64,000 nt of DNA from Macrostomum lignano. Its lineage: Eukaryota. Position numbers and translations under genes: made by a program. Position 1 is the first letter of the stretch. Each line of letters begins with the position of its first letter. Shown here piece by piece: positions 1 through 11,987 of the stretch. Below the pieces are notes generated by a model. It was not told where the DNA came from, ran no database searches, and was given only the letters and a program-made list of their open reading frames with translations. The DNA is taken from contig NIVC01000491.1 in assembly GCA_002269645.1 (NCBI GenBank), forward strand, positions 310,001-374,000. The letters are read 5' to 3'.

Positions 1-1
1 A

Positions 2-208
2 GTAGAGGCATCAACAGGTAGAGAAAGTCGCTGCGTTGTTGTCAATGACGATCACCTGTTCCCAGACGCTGTAACTCCTAGCAAAGTTGATGTTAATCTG
101 TGCGAAACCTACGACGTGCCGTATATGGACGATGATTGTTTCATACTGGACGAGTGTTGGTATATCACGGATGACAGCAGACTGACCTGCCTTCGCGGCG
201 GAGAGTGA
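2..208 (+). CDS. Possible terminal coding exon of a gene starting left of the window (unknown product)
   Basis: Stop-free frame from position 2 (VEASTGRESRCVVVNDDHLFPD...CWYITDDSRLTCLRGGE*) ending at TGA 206-208, followed by AT-rich 3'UTR-like DNA. No recognisable motif. Confidence 0.35.
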   Translation, partial: VEASTGRESRCVVVNDDHLFPDAVTPSKVDVNLCETYDVPYMDDDCFILDECWYITDDSRLTCLRGGE

Positions 209-1620
209 TCAGGTCTGGACTAACATTTAACTACAATAATAATAGAAGTTGTTGAGTTAGACCTTTCTTGTTCCTGCTTAACCTTAAAATAGTTACAAGT
301 AGTGCAACTTATACAATTTTCGCTACCAAATTCGTTGGTCAATTAAAGAACAAAATAACCCAAATTATAACCTGAACTCCCACCTCCACCTTGCATGAAT
401 GTTTGAACTTTCTGTAACTCGTCAGTTCCTCGATCTATAACTTTGCTCTTGAATAACTTTTTCTACATGTACATGAGGCACAAACCTTGAGCAGACTTTG
501 ATTGCGTATTGAGAAGTTTCAAAAGAAGTTCGCACACCAGGTTGGCATTTGCGACCTGTAGCTGTTTCGTTTCATTAAGAGGACTTAAGCACTTTCATAA
601 CTAGAATAACTATATATATACCGTTGTAACATTTCATAAGGCCTATTAAAAACTCATATGAAATAGACATTATATGTAGGCATGGCTGTTATAGTTATTC
701 AAATATTAGTTTTACGTTCACATAATTCACTGCATATTTGCCATAATAGTTCTCGCGTATAGATATTTTTAGATTAGTAAATAACCTTTCAAGCCGGGTT
801 TTTCGATAGCTATACAATGTACGGGGCTCGTACATTTAAACTGTGTTGTACAGACCCCGTCAGTGGCTATTCCACGGAAAATCCATGGAAGAATTGAACC
901 TTCCTCGTTTCTACATGTACATTCTGTAGTAAATTTGATTCCTTATCTGATCGCTCTCTGGTTCAGCTAAGGATAAAATACGCGCGTGTTGATAGAAGAT
1001 AGATGGTTGATAGATGGTTGGTAGAAGAGTTGTAGTCTTCGCAAACTAACTACTCTTCACAAAAACATGGTAGACAAGCAAATAACAAAGCAGGAAATGA
1101 ACTTAAAAGTTCCTGGGAATTCGGCCATCATCTCGGAGAAGTACAATTGCTGCTCAACAGAGTACACTGGACTTTCACTTTCAAGATTAAACTGGATTCG
1201 TTCTAAATGCTCCAGATTGTTCAAGCTTTGCAAACGCAGGTTCAGCAAGTGCCACCGCACGATCTGGGACCACAACTTGTTCGACTCTTCAATTTTCATA
1301 TTGTCATATTTGATTGACAGCTTCCGACACAGAATTAAAAATACTGTTCATTTCAATGTAAATATACTGCAGCAAAAAGTATTCAAAACCTTTTAATGTA
1401 TACATCGGATTTTCTCTCGAACGAGTCTGTCTATGGCCAAACCCCCAGTGCAGCGAGCGCTATTGCGTATCTGGAGTGGAAAGAGAAAAGAAAGGACGAT
1501 ATGTCGTTGAAGGCGTTGCACCAGGGTGCACCCACAACCGTCCTGTAGTAGACTCTCCGAACCAGTGGCGTGTACACAGAAATTTTATTCAGAGGGCGCC
1601 GCAAATTTTAGGGGCGTCGT

Positions 1621-2745
1621 GGTGGGCGCCCTTGTCTGTTGGTGGGCGCCCCTGTCTTTTGATTAGCGCCCCTGTCAGTTGGTGGGCGCCCCTGTCACTT
1701 GGTGGGCGCCCCTGTCTATTAATGGGCGCCCCTGTCTCTTAATGGGCGCCTCTATTTCTTGGTGGGCGCCCCTATCACTTAATGGGCGCCCCTGTCTATT
1801 AGTGGGCGCCCCTGTCTCTTGGTGAGCGCCCCTGTTTCTTGGTGGGCGCCCCTATCTCTTGGTGAGCGCCCCTGTCTCTTAGAGGGCGCCCCTGTCTATT
1901 AATGGGCGCCCCTGTCTCTTAATAGGCGCCTCTGTCTCTTGGTGGGCGCCCCTATCTCTTGGTGGGCGCCCCTGTCTCTTGGTGGGCGCCCCTGTCTCTT
2001 GGTGGGCGCCCCTGTCTCTTAATCGGCGCCCCTGTCTCTTAATGGGTGCCTCTGTCTCTTGGTGGGCGCCCCTGTCTCTTAATGGGTACCCCTGTGTCTT
2101 GATGGGCGCCCCAGTCTATTAGTGGGCGCCCCTGTCTATTAATGGGCGCCCCTGTCTCTTAATAGGCGCCTCTGTCTCTTGGTGGGCGCCCCTATCTCTT
2201 GGTGGGCGCCCCTGTCTCTTGGTGGGCGCCCCTGTCTCTTGGTGGGCGCCCCTGTCTCTTAATCGGCGCCCCTGTCTCTTAATGGGTGCCTCTGTCTCTT
2301 GGTGGGCGCCCCTGTCTCTTAATGGGTACCCCTGTGTCTTGATGGGCGCCCCAGTCTATTAGTGGGCGCCCCTGTCTCTTACTGGGCGCCCCTGTCACTT
2401 AATGGGCGCCCCTGTCTCTTGGTGGGAGCCCCTGTCTCTTAATGGGTACCCCTGTGTCTTGATGGGCGCCCCTGTCTTTTGATTAGCGCCCCTGTCTCTT
2501 GGTGGGCGCCCCTGTCTCTTAATGGGCGCTCCTGTCTCTTAATGGGCGCCTCTGTTTCTTGGTGGGCGCCCCTATCACTTAATGGGAGCCCCTGTCTATT
2601 AGTGGGCGCCCCTGTGTCTTGGTGAGCGCCCCTGTCTCTTGGGTGGGCGCCCCTGTCTCTTGGTGAGCGCCCCTGTCTCTTGGGTGGGCGCCCCTGTCTC
2701 TTGGCGAACGCCCCTGTCTCTTGGTGAGCGCCCCTGTCTCTTGGT
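1621..2745. repeat. 20-bp minisatellite (CCTGTCTCTTGGTGGGCGCC family)
   Basis: About 55 tandem 20-bp monomers, each with a GGGCGCCC-type palindrome. Same family as 12128-12740. Confidence 0.95.
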
Positions 2746-3315
2746 GGACTTTCTGACTCGATGTGCAATTACAACAGGGCTTCAAAAAGTGCTCTTATCG
2801 AAGTCAATTATATTATCGCTGTCTTAAGAAGCCTTAAAAGTAGGATAGATTCGATCTTCGAAAAAGCCGAAAAAGAATGCTTAATTACGATGGTTAATTA
2901 CGCTCGTATTAAACCATCGGTGAAGGAAGTATCTTCCAGCGTATGAACATTGTATTTATCGAATAATAATTTGATATTTTGGGAACAGCGCTTGAAGCAA
3001 TGATTTTACACTAAATTTGATAGTGTAATTATAGGTAATTAATAGGCAATTATAGTGTTGACTCATTAAATATGAATAGTAGTTTGCAGTATTGGGTTTA
3101 AAAGTTGTTCTAGATAAATTTAGTGTATTAAATATTTATGATTCATGTTCATATTGTGCACTTCTTTAAAAACAATTTGGTAAATAGTATAAGTTTTGTT
3201 TAACTATTTTGACTGTTTTCTTTAACTATTTTTAACTGTTTTGTTTAGCACGACACACTGTTCTGCATTTACTGCACTAAACGTTCCGATGATCCAGACA
3301 ACCTTCGAGACCATC

Positions 3316-4086
3316 CTACAAACCGTCTCGGTGACCCCAACGACCGCCTCGACGACTCCAACGACTGCCTCGATGACCCCAACGACCGCCTCGACGACCC
3401 CAACGACCGCCTCGACGACCCCAACGACCGCCTCGACGACCCCAGCGACTGCCTCGACGACCCCAACGACCGCCTCGACGACCCCAACGACCGCCTCGAC
3501 GACCCCAACGACCGCCTCGACGACCCCAACGACCGACTCGACGACCCCAACGACCGCCTCGACGACCCCAACGACCGCCTCGACGACCCCAGCGACTGCC
3601 TCGACGACCCCAACGACCGCCTCGACGACCCCAACGACCGCCTCGACGACCCCAACGACCGCCTCGACGACCCCAACGACCGCCTCGACGACCCCAACGA
3701 CCGCCTCGACGACCCCAACGACTGTTGCGTCCAGTCCACCGAACTCCGTAGAACCGTTCCCATCTCTTGCTGCCCGAACTTCCTCGAATCTTGCCACCAG
3801 AATGTCTCCAAACCTTGCCTTCGGAGTGCCCCCATCGGTCACCTGAATGATTACTCGAATTGCTGCCTAATTTCGAATCTCTCAAGTCGCCTGTAGTAGG
3901 CTCGTCGTTGTCAACTGGAGTTTGAACCGTTGTTGGCGTTTTAGGCGTCGTTATTGTTGAGCTCACGCTTGTTGTCGTGGAGTCCGCAGTTTGGTTTTGA
4001 GATGTCAAATCGGTAGAGCAGCCTACACGTGCGTAGAGGCTCAGTAGAAACGGCAGACCAATTGTTAGCAGCAGCAAAGGGCGCAT
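3316..4086 (-). CDS. Secreted 256-aa protein: signal peptide, Thr/Ser-rich spacer, about 19 RWGRRGG-type repeats (candidate RWamide neuropeptide precursor or cationic peptide)
   Basis: True ATG at 4086, preceded by an acceptor-like TTCTCCGACACAG. Hydrophobic N-terminus MRPLLLLTIGLPFLLSLYARVGC. The frame stays open from unique sequence through the 21-bp repeat to the stop. 16 units read RW-G-RR. Confidence 0.65.
   Translation of the reverse strand: MRPLLLLTIGLPFLLSLYARVGCSTDLTSQNQTADSTTTSVSSTITTPKTPTTVQTPVDNDEPTTGDLRDSKLGSNSSNHSGDRWGHSEGKVWRHSGGKIRGSSGSKRWERFYGVRWTGRNSRWGRRGGRWGRRGGRWGRRGGRWGRRGGRWGRRGGRWGRRGSRWGRRGGRWGRRGGRWGRRVGRWGRRGGRWGRRGGRWGRRGGRWGRRGSRWGRRGGRWGRRGGRWGRRGGRWGHRGSRWSRRGGRWGHRDGL
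3330..3725. repeat. 21-bp coding tandem repeat (GCCTCGACGACCCCAACGACC)
   Basis: About 19 near-identical 21-bp units inside the minus-strand ORF. Confidence 0.95.
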
Positions 4087-4761
4087 GATCTGTGTCGGAG
4101 AAAGATTATAGAGCAGCTGGGATATTGAGTAGCCTTTGTATCTTAGGGATAAGAAAATCAGTACTCACATTGTCGCAGATTACAACCGATTGTCGGTCCT
4201 TTTAGTTAGCTATTTGACAAGATTTCAAAAGCACGGATTGTAGTAAGTAAGAGTTTGTTCTTCATGAAACTGCGCTGCCGCAGTCCTGAATCCTTTTAGG
4301 CGAATTGGCAGTTCAATGCCATAGACTATAAACTGTAAATCAAAGTACAGAACCTGTTGGCTTAGCTGATAGCTGGGAATAAAAATTGTCTACAATAAAC
4401 GCATGGATGAATAATATAACTGGATCGCCAGAAGCTCGATTTTTTTGGTCCTAGCCATAGACAAGCACCAGCATCACAAGAAGCTCAGAATGCCGTACTT
4501 TCTACGCATTTTCACTTATCCTACTAAGTATAATTATATATAAATGTGTGAAAGTTTGCGTTAAAAAGTTAAGTTATATAAAAAAGAGAGCTGGAAAAGC
4601 TCAGCTAAGAACTGAGCGAAAATATATGTAACTAGGCAGCTGCGAGCTGCAAATCCGACAACCTCAGCCTCAGCCTCCGAAAGCCTCAGCTATAAGCTTA
4701 TAACACTAACTAACTAATTAACAGTAGGAATACCAAGCCATTTTTTCCGCCCGTCGAACTA

Positions 4762-5718
4762 CCTGACAATTTTTTTTGCTGCGCCGGAACGGAGCAACGC
4801 AGGCACACGAAATTCAAGAATCGTGTGTCCGGCAGAAGTCCAGCAGTTGAGGTTTGCCCATTTTTGAAGCTTGATAAGAAAAACCTGACATATTTGCAAC
4901 AGGATGTCCATAGTCACCTGGTGTAATCTGTTAAAGTTGCCGACGGCGTCGGGGTGATGACTGAAGGCTCGAGAGACTAGCTGAGAATGTCCGGCAGTTG
5001 AGGTTTGCCCATTATTGAAGCTTGATAAGAAAAATCTGACATAGTTTCAACATGATCTTCATAGTAACCTGGTGCCACCTGTTGAAGGTGCCGACGGCGT
5101 CGGGGTGATGGCTGAATACTTGACTGACTAGCTGAGGATGTCCAGCAGTTGATTTTTGCCCACTGTCGAGGCTTGATCAGCGAAACTAGAGAAATCAGCA
5201 TCAGGCTGTCCATAGTCACCTGGTGTAATCTGTTGAAGGAGCCGACGGCGTCGGAATGATGACGGAATGCTTGAGAGACTAGCTGAGAATGTCTGACGGT
5301 TGATTCTTGCCCACTGTCGAGGCTTGATCGGCGAAACTAGAGAAATCCGCATCAGGGTGTCCATCGTCACCTGGTGCCACAGCTGTTGAGGGTCCAGAAG
5401 CTCCACCTGGGTGAAGGCTAGTGACCAACGAAGTCAGAACTGATGCAGACACATGTGGTCGACGTGCTGATGAAATTTGGAGACTTGGCAAGGCTGCACT
5501 GAGGCGCAGTGCTGATTGGCGCACAGGGGTGTACTGAATACACTAGCGCTTATGGGAAAAATCCGACCTTCTGGCAGAATCGTCGAATATCTCGACGGTC
5601 CGGAGGGCTGGCGACTTGATTCTTGTTTGAGAAGGTGCGCAACAAAAAGTTAGCCCGTGTTCTTGAATTTCGTGTGCCTGCGTTGCTCCGTTCCGGCGCA
5701 GCAAAAAAAATTGTCAGG
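4762..5718. mobile_element. MITE/foldback-like element with about 59-bp terminal inverted repeats and internal 151-bp tandem repeats
   Basis: 4762-4820 (CCTGACAATTTTTTTTGCTGCGCCGGAACGG...AAATTCAAGAA) is the reverse complement of 5660-5718. The interior has about 3.7 copies of a 151-bp unit (GACTAGCTGAG recurs near 4975, 5126, 5277). No clear TSD. Confidence 0.75.
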
Positions 5719-6146
5719 GGGGGGGGAAATTCCCCCCCCCCCTCTTGGTAGTTCTACTGTTAACTAACAAAACTATCTGACGAACTACCTATCTAACACA
5801 AGACAGACTAACTATACTGTTACAAGTTTTCAGGGAAGAATAAGTTCAACAAATTTCTAGCTAAATTAACTGTGCACCTGCCTCTTTCATGATGCGCTTG
5901 CAGCATCTTTACCAAACAAACCAAGCATACATTGCAAAACTCTCACCCTTGACAATGCGCGAGAAGCATTCCAGGTGGTAATCAACTTTGCAATTGTCTT
6001 CATATGTCTAGTGTTCCCATGCGGAACTCACTGAGCACGGTTTTCCTGTCGCAAAAAAGAGGTGGGACTGTGAACAGGTGTGTATTGAGCATAGCAACGG
6101 GAAAACACAACCAAATGTAGCCCCGGAGGGTAGGCCCTGAGCTCAT

Positions 6147-6149
<3 letters not shown>

Positions 6150-6185
<36 letters not shown>
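6150..6185. repeat. (CT)n microsatellite
   Basis: About 18 perfect CT units roughly 115 bp upstream of the ATG at 6300. Confidence 0.95.
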
Positions 6186-6186
<1 letters not shown>

Positions 6187-6299
6187 GAATTAAGTGGAAA
6201 TATAATTTCTCTACGCTTGTATAAGTGCCGTCAAAATTTGTTTGGCAAGAAGAGCTCCCGCACGACGAGTGTAATACGGCAGAATCAGACCAAGGAAAC

Positions 6300-9200
6300 A
6301 TGAAGAATGTCTGCGTATTTATCATTCTGATAGGTAAAGCATACATATCACTTTTCTTTGCTACTGACAATTGAAAATTGTAGTCAAAACTTTTTTCTCG
6401 GCAAAATTACGTTTTGAAAGCTAAATTTTATCTAAATTTTCACACAAAAAAGAGCGTCATTTTAATTATGGTTGGTTGGTTACAGAATAGTTGCGTGTTC
6501 TTACAGAATAGTTGCGTGTTCTTACAGAATAGTTGCGTGTTCTTACAGAATAGTTGCGTGTTCTTACAGAATAGTTGCGTGTTCTTACAGAATAGTTGGG
6601 CGTGTTCTTACAGAATAGTTGCGTGTTCTTACAGAATAGTTGCGTGTTCTTACAGAATAGTTGCGTGTTCTTACAGAATAGTTGCGTGTTCTTACAGAAT
6701 AGTTGCGTGTTCTTACAGAATAGTTGCGTGTTCTTACAGAATAGTTGCAATTTTTCTTACAGGATAGTTGCTTGTTCTTACAGAATAGTTGCAATTTTTC
6801 TTACAGGATAGTTGCTTGTTCTTACAGAATAGTTGCCTGTTCTTACAGAATAGTTGCGTGTTCTTACAGAATAGTTGCAATTTTTCTTACAGGATAGTTG
6901 CTTGTTCTTACAGAATAGTTGCCTGTTCTTGCAGAATTAGTTGCCTGTTCTTACAGAATAGTTGCGTGTTCTTACAGAATAGTTGCGTGTTCTTACAGAA
7001 TAGTTGCGTGTTCTTACAGAATAGTTGCCTGTTCTTGCAGAATTAGTTGCCTGTTCTTGCAGAATTAGTTGCCTGTTCTTACAGAATAGTTGCGTGTTCT
7101 TACAGAATAGTTGCCTGTTCTTGCAGAATTAGTTGCCTGTTCTTACAGAATTAGTTGCCTGTTCTTGCAGAATTAGTTGCCTGTTCTTACAGAATTAGTT
7201 GCCTGTTCTTGCAGAATTAGTTGCCTGTTCTTACAGAATTAGTTGCCTGTTCTTGCAGAATTAGTTGCCTGTTCTTACAGAATAGTTGCCTGTTCTTGCA
7301 GAATTAGTTGCCTGTTCTTACAGAATAGTTGCCTGTTCTTGCAGAATTAGTTGCCTGTTCTTACAGAATTAGTTGCCTGTTCTTGCAGAATAGTTGCCTG
7401 TTCTTACAGAATTAGTTGCCTGTTCTTGCAGAATTAGTTGCCTGTTCTTACAGAATAGTTGCCTGTTCTTGCAGAATTAGTTGCCTGTTCTTACAGAATT
7501 AGTTGCCTGTTCTTGCAGAATTAGTTGCCTGTTCTTACAGAATAGTTGCCTGTTCTTGCAGAATTAGTTGCCTGTTCTTACAGAATTAGTTGCCTGTTCT
7601 TGCAGAATTAGTTGCCTGTTCTTACAGAATTAGTTGCCTGTTCTTGCAGAATTAGTTGCCTGTTCTTACAGAATAGTTGCCTGTTCTTGCAGAATTAGTT
7701 GCCTGTTCTTACAGAATTAGTTGCCTGTTCTTGCAGAATTAGTTGCCTGTTCTTACAGAATTAGTTGCCTGTTCTTGCAGAATTAGTTGCCTGTTCTTAC
7801 AGAATTAGTTGCGTGTTTTTACAGAATAGATGCTTGTTCTTACAGAATAGTTGGGCGTGTTCTTACAGAATAGTTGCCTGTTCTTACAGAATAGGTGCCT
7901 GTTCTTACAGAAAAGTTGCCTGTTCTTACAGAATAGTTGTTTGTTCTTACAGAATAGTTGCAATTGTTCTTACAGAATAGTTGCTTCTTATTACAGAATA
8001 GTTGCCTGTTCTTGCAGAATTAGTTGCCTGTTCTTACAGAATTAGTTGCGTGTTCTTACAGAATTAGTTGCCTGTTCTTACAGAATTAGTTGCCTGTTCT
8101 TACAGAATTAGTTGCGTGTTCTTACAGAAAAGTTGCGTGTTCTTACAGAATAGTTGCCTGTTCTTACAGAATAGTTGCTTCTAATTACAGAATAATTGCG
8201 TGTTTTGAAAAATAATTCTAAATGTCTACCACCTTTTTTCAGAGTTTTACCAGCTTAAAAATAAATATTGAATCTCACCCCCTCTCTCTTCTTCATAGCC
8301 GTATGCGTTCACCAGGTATCAAGCAACTCCGCCAGCTACATCAGTGATGAGGCTGGCATAGTCTTGGACCTAGCAACCAGCAGCAATATTACCAACGACA
8401 CCAACACTCGAAACGAAGTTGAATGCATGGTGCGCTGCCGTCTGCAGGCCTGCGCTGCCGCCACATTTGTGAAGAGAGTGAGCACCTGCCAACTTCTGGT
8501 TATCTACGACGCGAACCTGCAAAATCCTGGACTAATGTCTACTCACGTTGCCAGGGTGATGCAGCCAGAGGCTGGAGATCAGTTCTGGAAGATGAAGGAT
8601 TTCGACAGCCATGTGATTAGCAGGAAAATTAACAATTTTACTACTGTGTTTAAAAGTGAGTTGGTCTTGTTTTGGTTTTTTGGATCTCTATATTTCAATG
8701 TGCACTCTCTGCGCCTTGGGGGTTGGCCTTCATGGCTGTTGGATCGCTAAACACCCTACCGTCAAATTTTAGTGCGCACACAAACCCCAAAAAATGTGAC
8801 AGCGAACAGAACCGAACCAGAAGTCGTGGTGCGAGGGTCAGACGGGTTTATCGCTGAGTTGCTCCTTGATTCATGGCCTTTATCTGCCATCGATCGCCAT
8901 ACATTTATTAAAACGCTCAAAATTTCGATATGCATAAACATAAAAAGCTTTGGGATTTCCTAGACCAGGGCTCGGCAAACTTTTTCAACTTAAGGGCCAG
9001 ATTAGAGAACCTAGAGCATGAGTGCGGGCCGGAGGAAGGAGAGAGGAGAGAGAATAGAGAAAGGAGACCACAGGAGACTAGGGAAATGAGAAAACAAGAG
9101 AGAAGAGAGACGAGCAAATAGAGAGAGGAGAAGAGAGGAGAGTAGAGAGGAGAGGAGAGAGAGGAGAGAGGAGAGAAGAAAGAGGAGAGAGGAGAGGAGA

Positions 9201-11987
9201 GGAGATAGAGGGGAGAGTAGAGAGGAGAGGAGAGGAGATAGAGGGGAGAGGAGAGAGGAGAGGACAGAGAGGAGAGAGGAGAGAGGAGAGATGAGAGGAG
9301 AGAGAGGAGAAGGGAGGAGATAGAGGAGAGGAGAGGAGATAGAGGGGAGAGGAGAGATGAGAGAGGAGAGAGGAGAGGAGAGAGAGAAGAGAGGAGATAG
9401 AGGGGAGAGGAGAGAGGAGAGGAGAGAGAGGAGAAGGGAGGAGATAGAGGAGAGGAGAGGAGATAGAGGGGAGAGGAGATAGGAGAGGAGAGAGAGGAAA
9501 GAAAAGAGAGGAGAGGGGAGAGGAGATAGAGGAGAGAGGAGAGAGGAGAGAAGAGAGAGGAGAAGGGAGGAGATAGAAGAGAGGAGAGAGAAGAGGAGAT
9601 AAAGGAGAGGAGAGGAAGGAAGAGAAGAAAGGAAAGGAGAGAGGAGATTAGAGAGAAGAGCGCTGAGAAGAGATATAAACATTGAGTGGGGTGGATTGTT
9701 ATTGTAAAGTTGCAAAGGACCCGTGGACCCGATATAGAGGCTCTTGCGAGAGGCATGTGGCCGGCCGATTTGAGTTAGCCGACATTCAGAAGTCACTGCT
9801 TCTTAATCAGTGTAACACGAAAAAAAACCCACTTCCAGACTCGAGCACGGGAAGCGTTGGCTCAATCCGAAACTGGACCATCGGAGTAACCGGCTGCTAC
9901 CTGATTGAAGGCCTGGGTGCCGGAGGCGGCGGCTACGAGCTCGACAAATCCCATAGCAGAGGCGCCAAAATCTCCGGATTGTTCAATTTCTCAATGGGCA
10001 GTGAGCTGAGCATTGTTGTCGGCCAGTTGGGAGGCAACGGGAGCAACAGAGCCGGAGCTGGTGGCGGCGGCGGCAGCTTCGTGTACGGAGCTGAGGACAA
10101 CAAGCTGTACTTGGCGGCTGGTGGCGGCGGCGGGGCATCGTCTTGGTATAAAGGTTGGTACGAATAGTTCATGATGCAGATAGCTTAAGTTGTTTGAGGT
10201 GGCGGAAATGAAAAGCAGCAGAAATCGTTGAAGAGTTGAAATTAAGTTTTTTTTAGTTGGAAAGTTAGAAAGCCGAAATCATGTAGAAGTTGAAATCACT
10301 TTGAAAATAAAATTTCTCTTTTGCCCTGCAGCTACAATTGTTGCTTGGGTTACATTGTTGTTGAGGTTGTCACATTTGCTGTTGAGGTTGTGGCATTGTT
10401 GTTGAGGTTGTCACATTTGTTGTTGAGGTTGTGGCATTGTTGTTAAGGTTGTGGAATTGTTGTTAAGGTTGTGGCATTGTTGTTGAGGTTGTGGCATTGT
10501 TGTTGAGGTTGTCGCATTGTTGCTGAGGTTGTGGCATTGTTGTTGAGGTTGTGGCATTGTTGTTGAGGTTGTGGCATTGTTGTTGAGGTTGTGGAATTGT
10601 TGTTAAGGTTGTGGCATTGTTGTTGAGGTTGTGGCATTGTTGTTGAGGTTGTCGCATTGTTGCTGAGGTTGTGGCATTGTTGTTGAGGTTGTGGCATTGT
10701 TGTTGAGGTTGTGGCATTGTTGTTGAGGTTGTGGCATTGTTGTTAAGGTTGTGGAATTGTTGTTAAGGTTGTGGCATTGTTGTTGAGGTTGTGGCATTGT
10801 TGTTGAGGTTGTCGCATTGTTGCTGAGGTTGTGGCATTGTTGTTGAGGTTGTGGCATTGTTGTTGAGGTTGTGGCATTGTTGTTGAGGTTGTGGCATTGT
10901 TGTTGAGGTTGTGGCATTGTTGTTGAGGTTGTGGCATTGTTGTTGAGGTTGTGGCATTGTTGTTGAGGTTGTCGCATTGTTGTTGAGGTTGTGGCATTGT
11001 TGTTGAGGTTGTCGCATTGTTGCTGAGGTTGTGGCATTGTTGTTGAGGTTGTGGCATTGTTGTTGAGGTTGTGGCATTGTTGTTGAGGTTGTGCCATTGT
11101 TGTTAAGGTTTTAGCATTTTTGTGCAGGTTGTGGCATTGTTGTTTAGGTTGTGGCATTGTTGTTGAGGCTGTACGTAGAATTGTTATTGGGGGTAGCATT
11201 GATGTTGGGGGAGTGGGTAGTATTGTCGTTTGGGAGAGGGGATGCATTGTTGTTGGGGGTAGCCATTATTTTTTTAGCTTTCTTTCGGGGCTTCAGAGCT
11301 TCAAGTTTACAGATATTGTTGCCTTCTTGATGAAAACTACACTTCTGGCTTCTAAAGACAGTTTAGAGTGAAGTTTAAACATTCTAATTAAAAGCTCCAA
11401 AACAGGTGCCTGGATCACTGGTGACACTCTGATTAGTAGGGGTTGTAGCCCCAGTGGTTAAAGCGCTAGACTTACGACTGAAAGGTTTGAAAAACGCTTG
11501 AAAACTCAGGAAGAGACGGGTCAGCTCAGGTCAACGGCTCCGATTCGCGCCACAACCCGACCTACGCGAACCGCACCGGTTTCGGGGCACCAACGGCCAG
11601 CCGGGCTTCAACGACCCCGCTCTGGCGACATCTGGACACCACGGCGGTTGCGGCGCCGGCTGGCTGGGCAAAGCTGTCAACCCGAGGCGAGGCACCAACG
11701 ACGGCCAAAGAGGCGGCGGTCTGGCCGACGGCTGGCTGGGCGGAGCTTCGACCGGCAGCGGCGGCAGCGGCGGATTCGGTGGCGGAGGCGGCGGCGGCGA
11801 CACTTGGGGCGCCGGCGGAGGTGCCGGCGGCTACAGCGGAGGCGGAGCCGGCATGCACCACAGCCATAGCGGAGGCGGCGGCGGCTCCTTCTGCGGCGGC
11901 GTCGGTTGCACTGGCGTCTCCGGCAGCAACGCGGACCACGGCCGAGTCACCGTCAGGCTGGTGGCATTCGGCGACACCTGCCAGTAG
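6300..11987 (+). CDS. Secreted PAN/apple-domain + ALK/LTK-type glycine-rich-domain protein (4 exons, about 394 aa; apparent 1-nt frameshift in the last exon)
   Basis: Exons 6300-6333, 8299-8655, 9839-10153, 11510-11987, all GT..AG with matching phase 1. Splicing builds the signal peptide MKNVCVFIILIAVCVHQVSS. PAN-like ECMVRCRLQACAAATFVKRVSTCQL. Glycine-rich domain motifs FTT..NWTIGVTGCYLIEGLGAGGG..GAKISGLFN..IVVGQLG..GGGGGSFV..LAAGGGGG and GGFGGGGGG..GAGGGAGGYSGGG..GGGGGSF..HGRVTV. No TM or kinase domain. Confidence 0.8.
6480..8195. repeat. 21/22-bp minisatellite (TTACAGAATAGTTGCGTGTTC) in intron 1 of the PAN/glycine-rich gene
   Basis: About 80 tandem units. A 21-bp variant dominates the 5' part and a 22-bp variant (AATTAGTTGCCTG) the middle. 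Confidence 0.95.
8966..9783. mobile_element. Degenerate hAT/Charlie-type MITE shell enclosing a GA-rich low-complexity tract (9040-9670)
   Basis: Left end CAGGGCTCGGCAAACTTTTT..AAGGGCCAGAT..GCGGGCCG and right end ..GCATGTGGCC..GTTAGCCGAC resemble Charlie-type MITE termini. It is preceded by TCCTAGAC, similar to the Charlie NTCTAGAN target. The right TIR is eroded. Confidence 0.5.
10345..11170. repeat. 20-bp minisatellite (TTGTTGTTGAGGTTGTGGCA) in intron 3
   Basis: About 40 tandem units, with extreme G/T strand skew. Confidence 0.95.

Noticed and set aside
360-1400. Short minus-strand frames with protein-like composition (for example 1057-1299)
   Set aside because: No recognisable motif, no consistent splice chain, and an in-frame stop in the adjacent segment.
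3241-3846. Plus-strand mucin-like ORF (TPTTAS repeats) and the minus-strand VVGVVEA and SLGSSRR frames
   Set aside because: These are alternative frames of a stop-free 21-bp repeat. They have no signal peptide, and the plus-strand and VVGVVEA frames have no ATG start. Only the RWGRRGG frame connects to an ATG and a hydrophobic leader.
6414-8045. Repetitive ORFs such as CVFLQNS and ACSYRIV, and similar ORFs at 1476-2827, 8917-9796, 10443-11247, 12093-12580, 16569-17394, 18720-19443, 19879-20892 and 46756-51076
   Set aside because: All are translations of intronic or TE-internal minisatellites, open in several frames on both strands.
8268-8298. TTG-initiated start of the PAN ORF
   Set aside because: It is better explained as intron sequence: the acceptor at 8298 joins an ATG exon at 6300-6333 to give a proper signal peptide.
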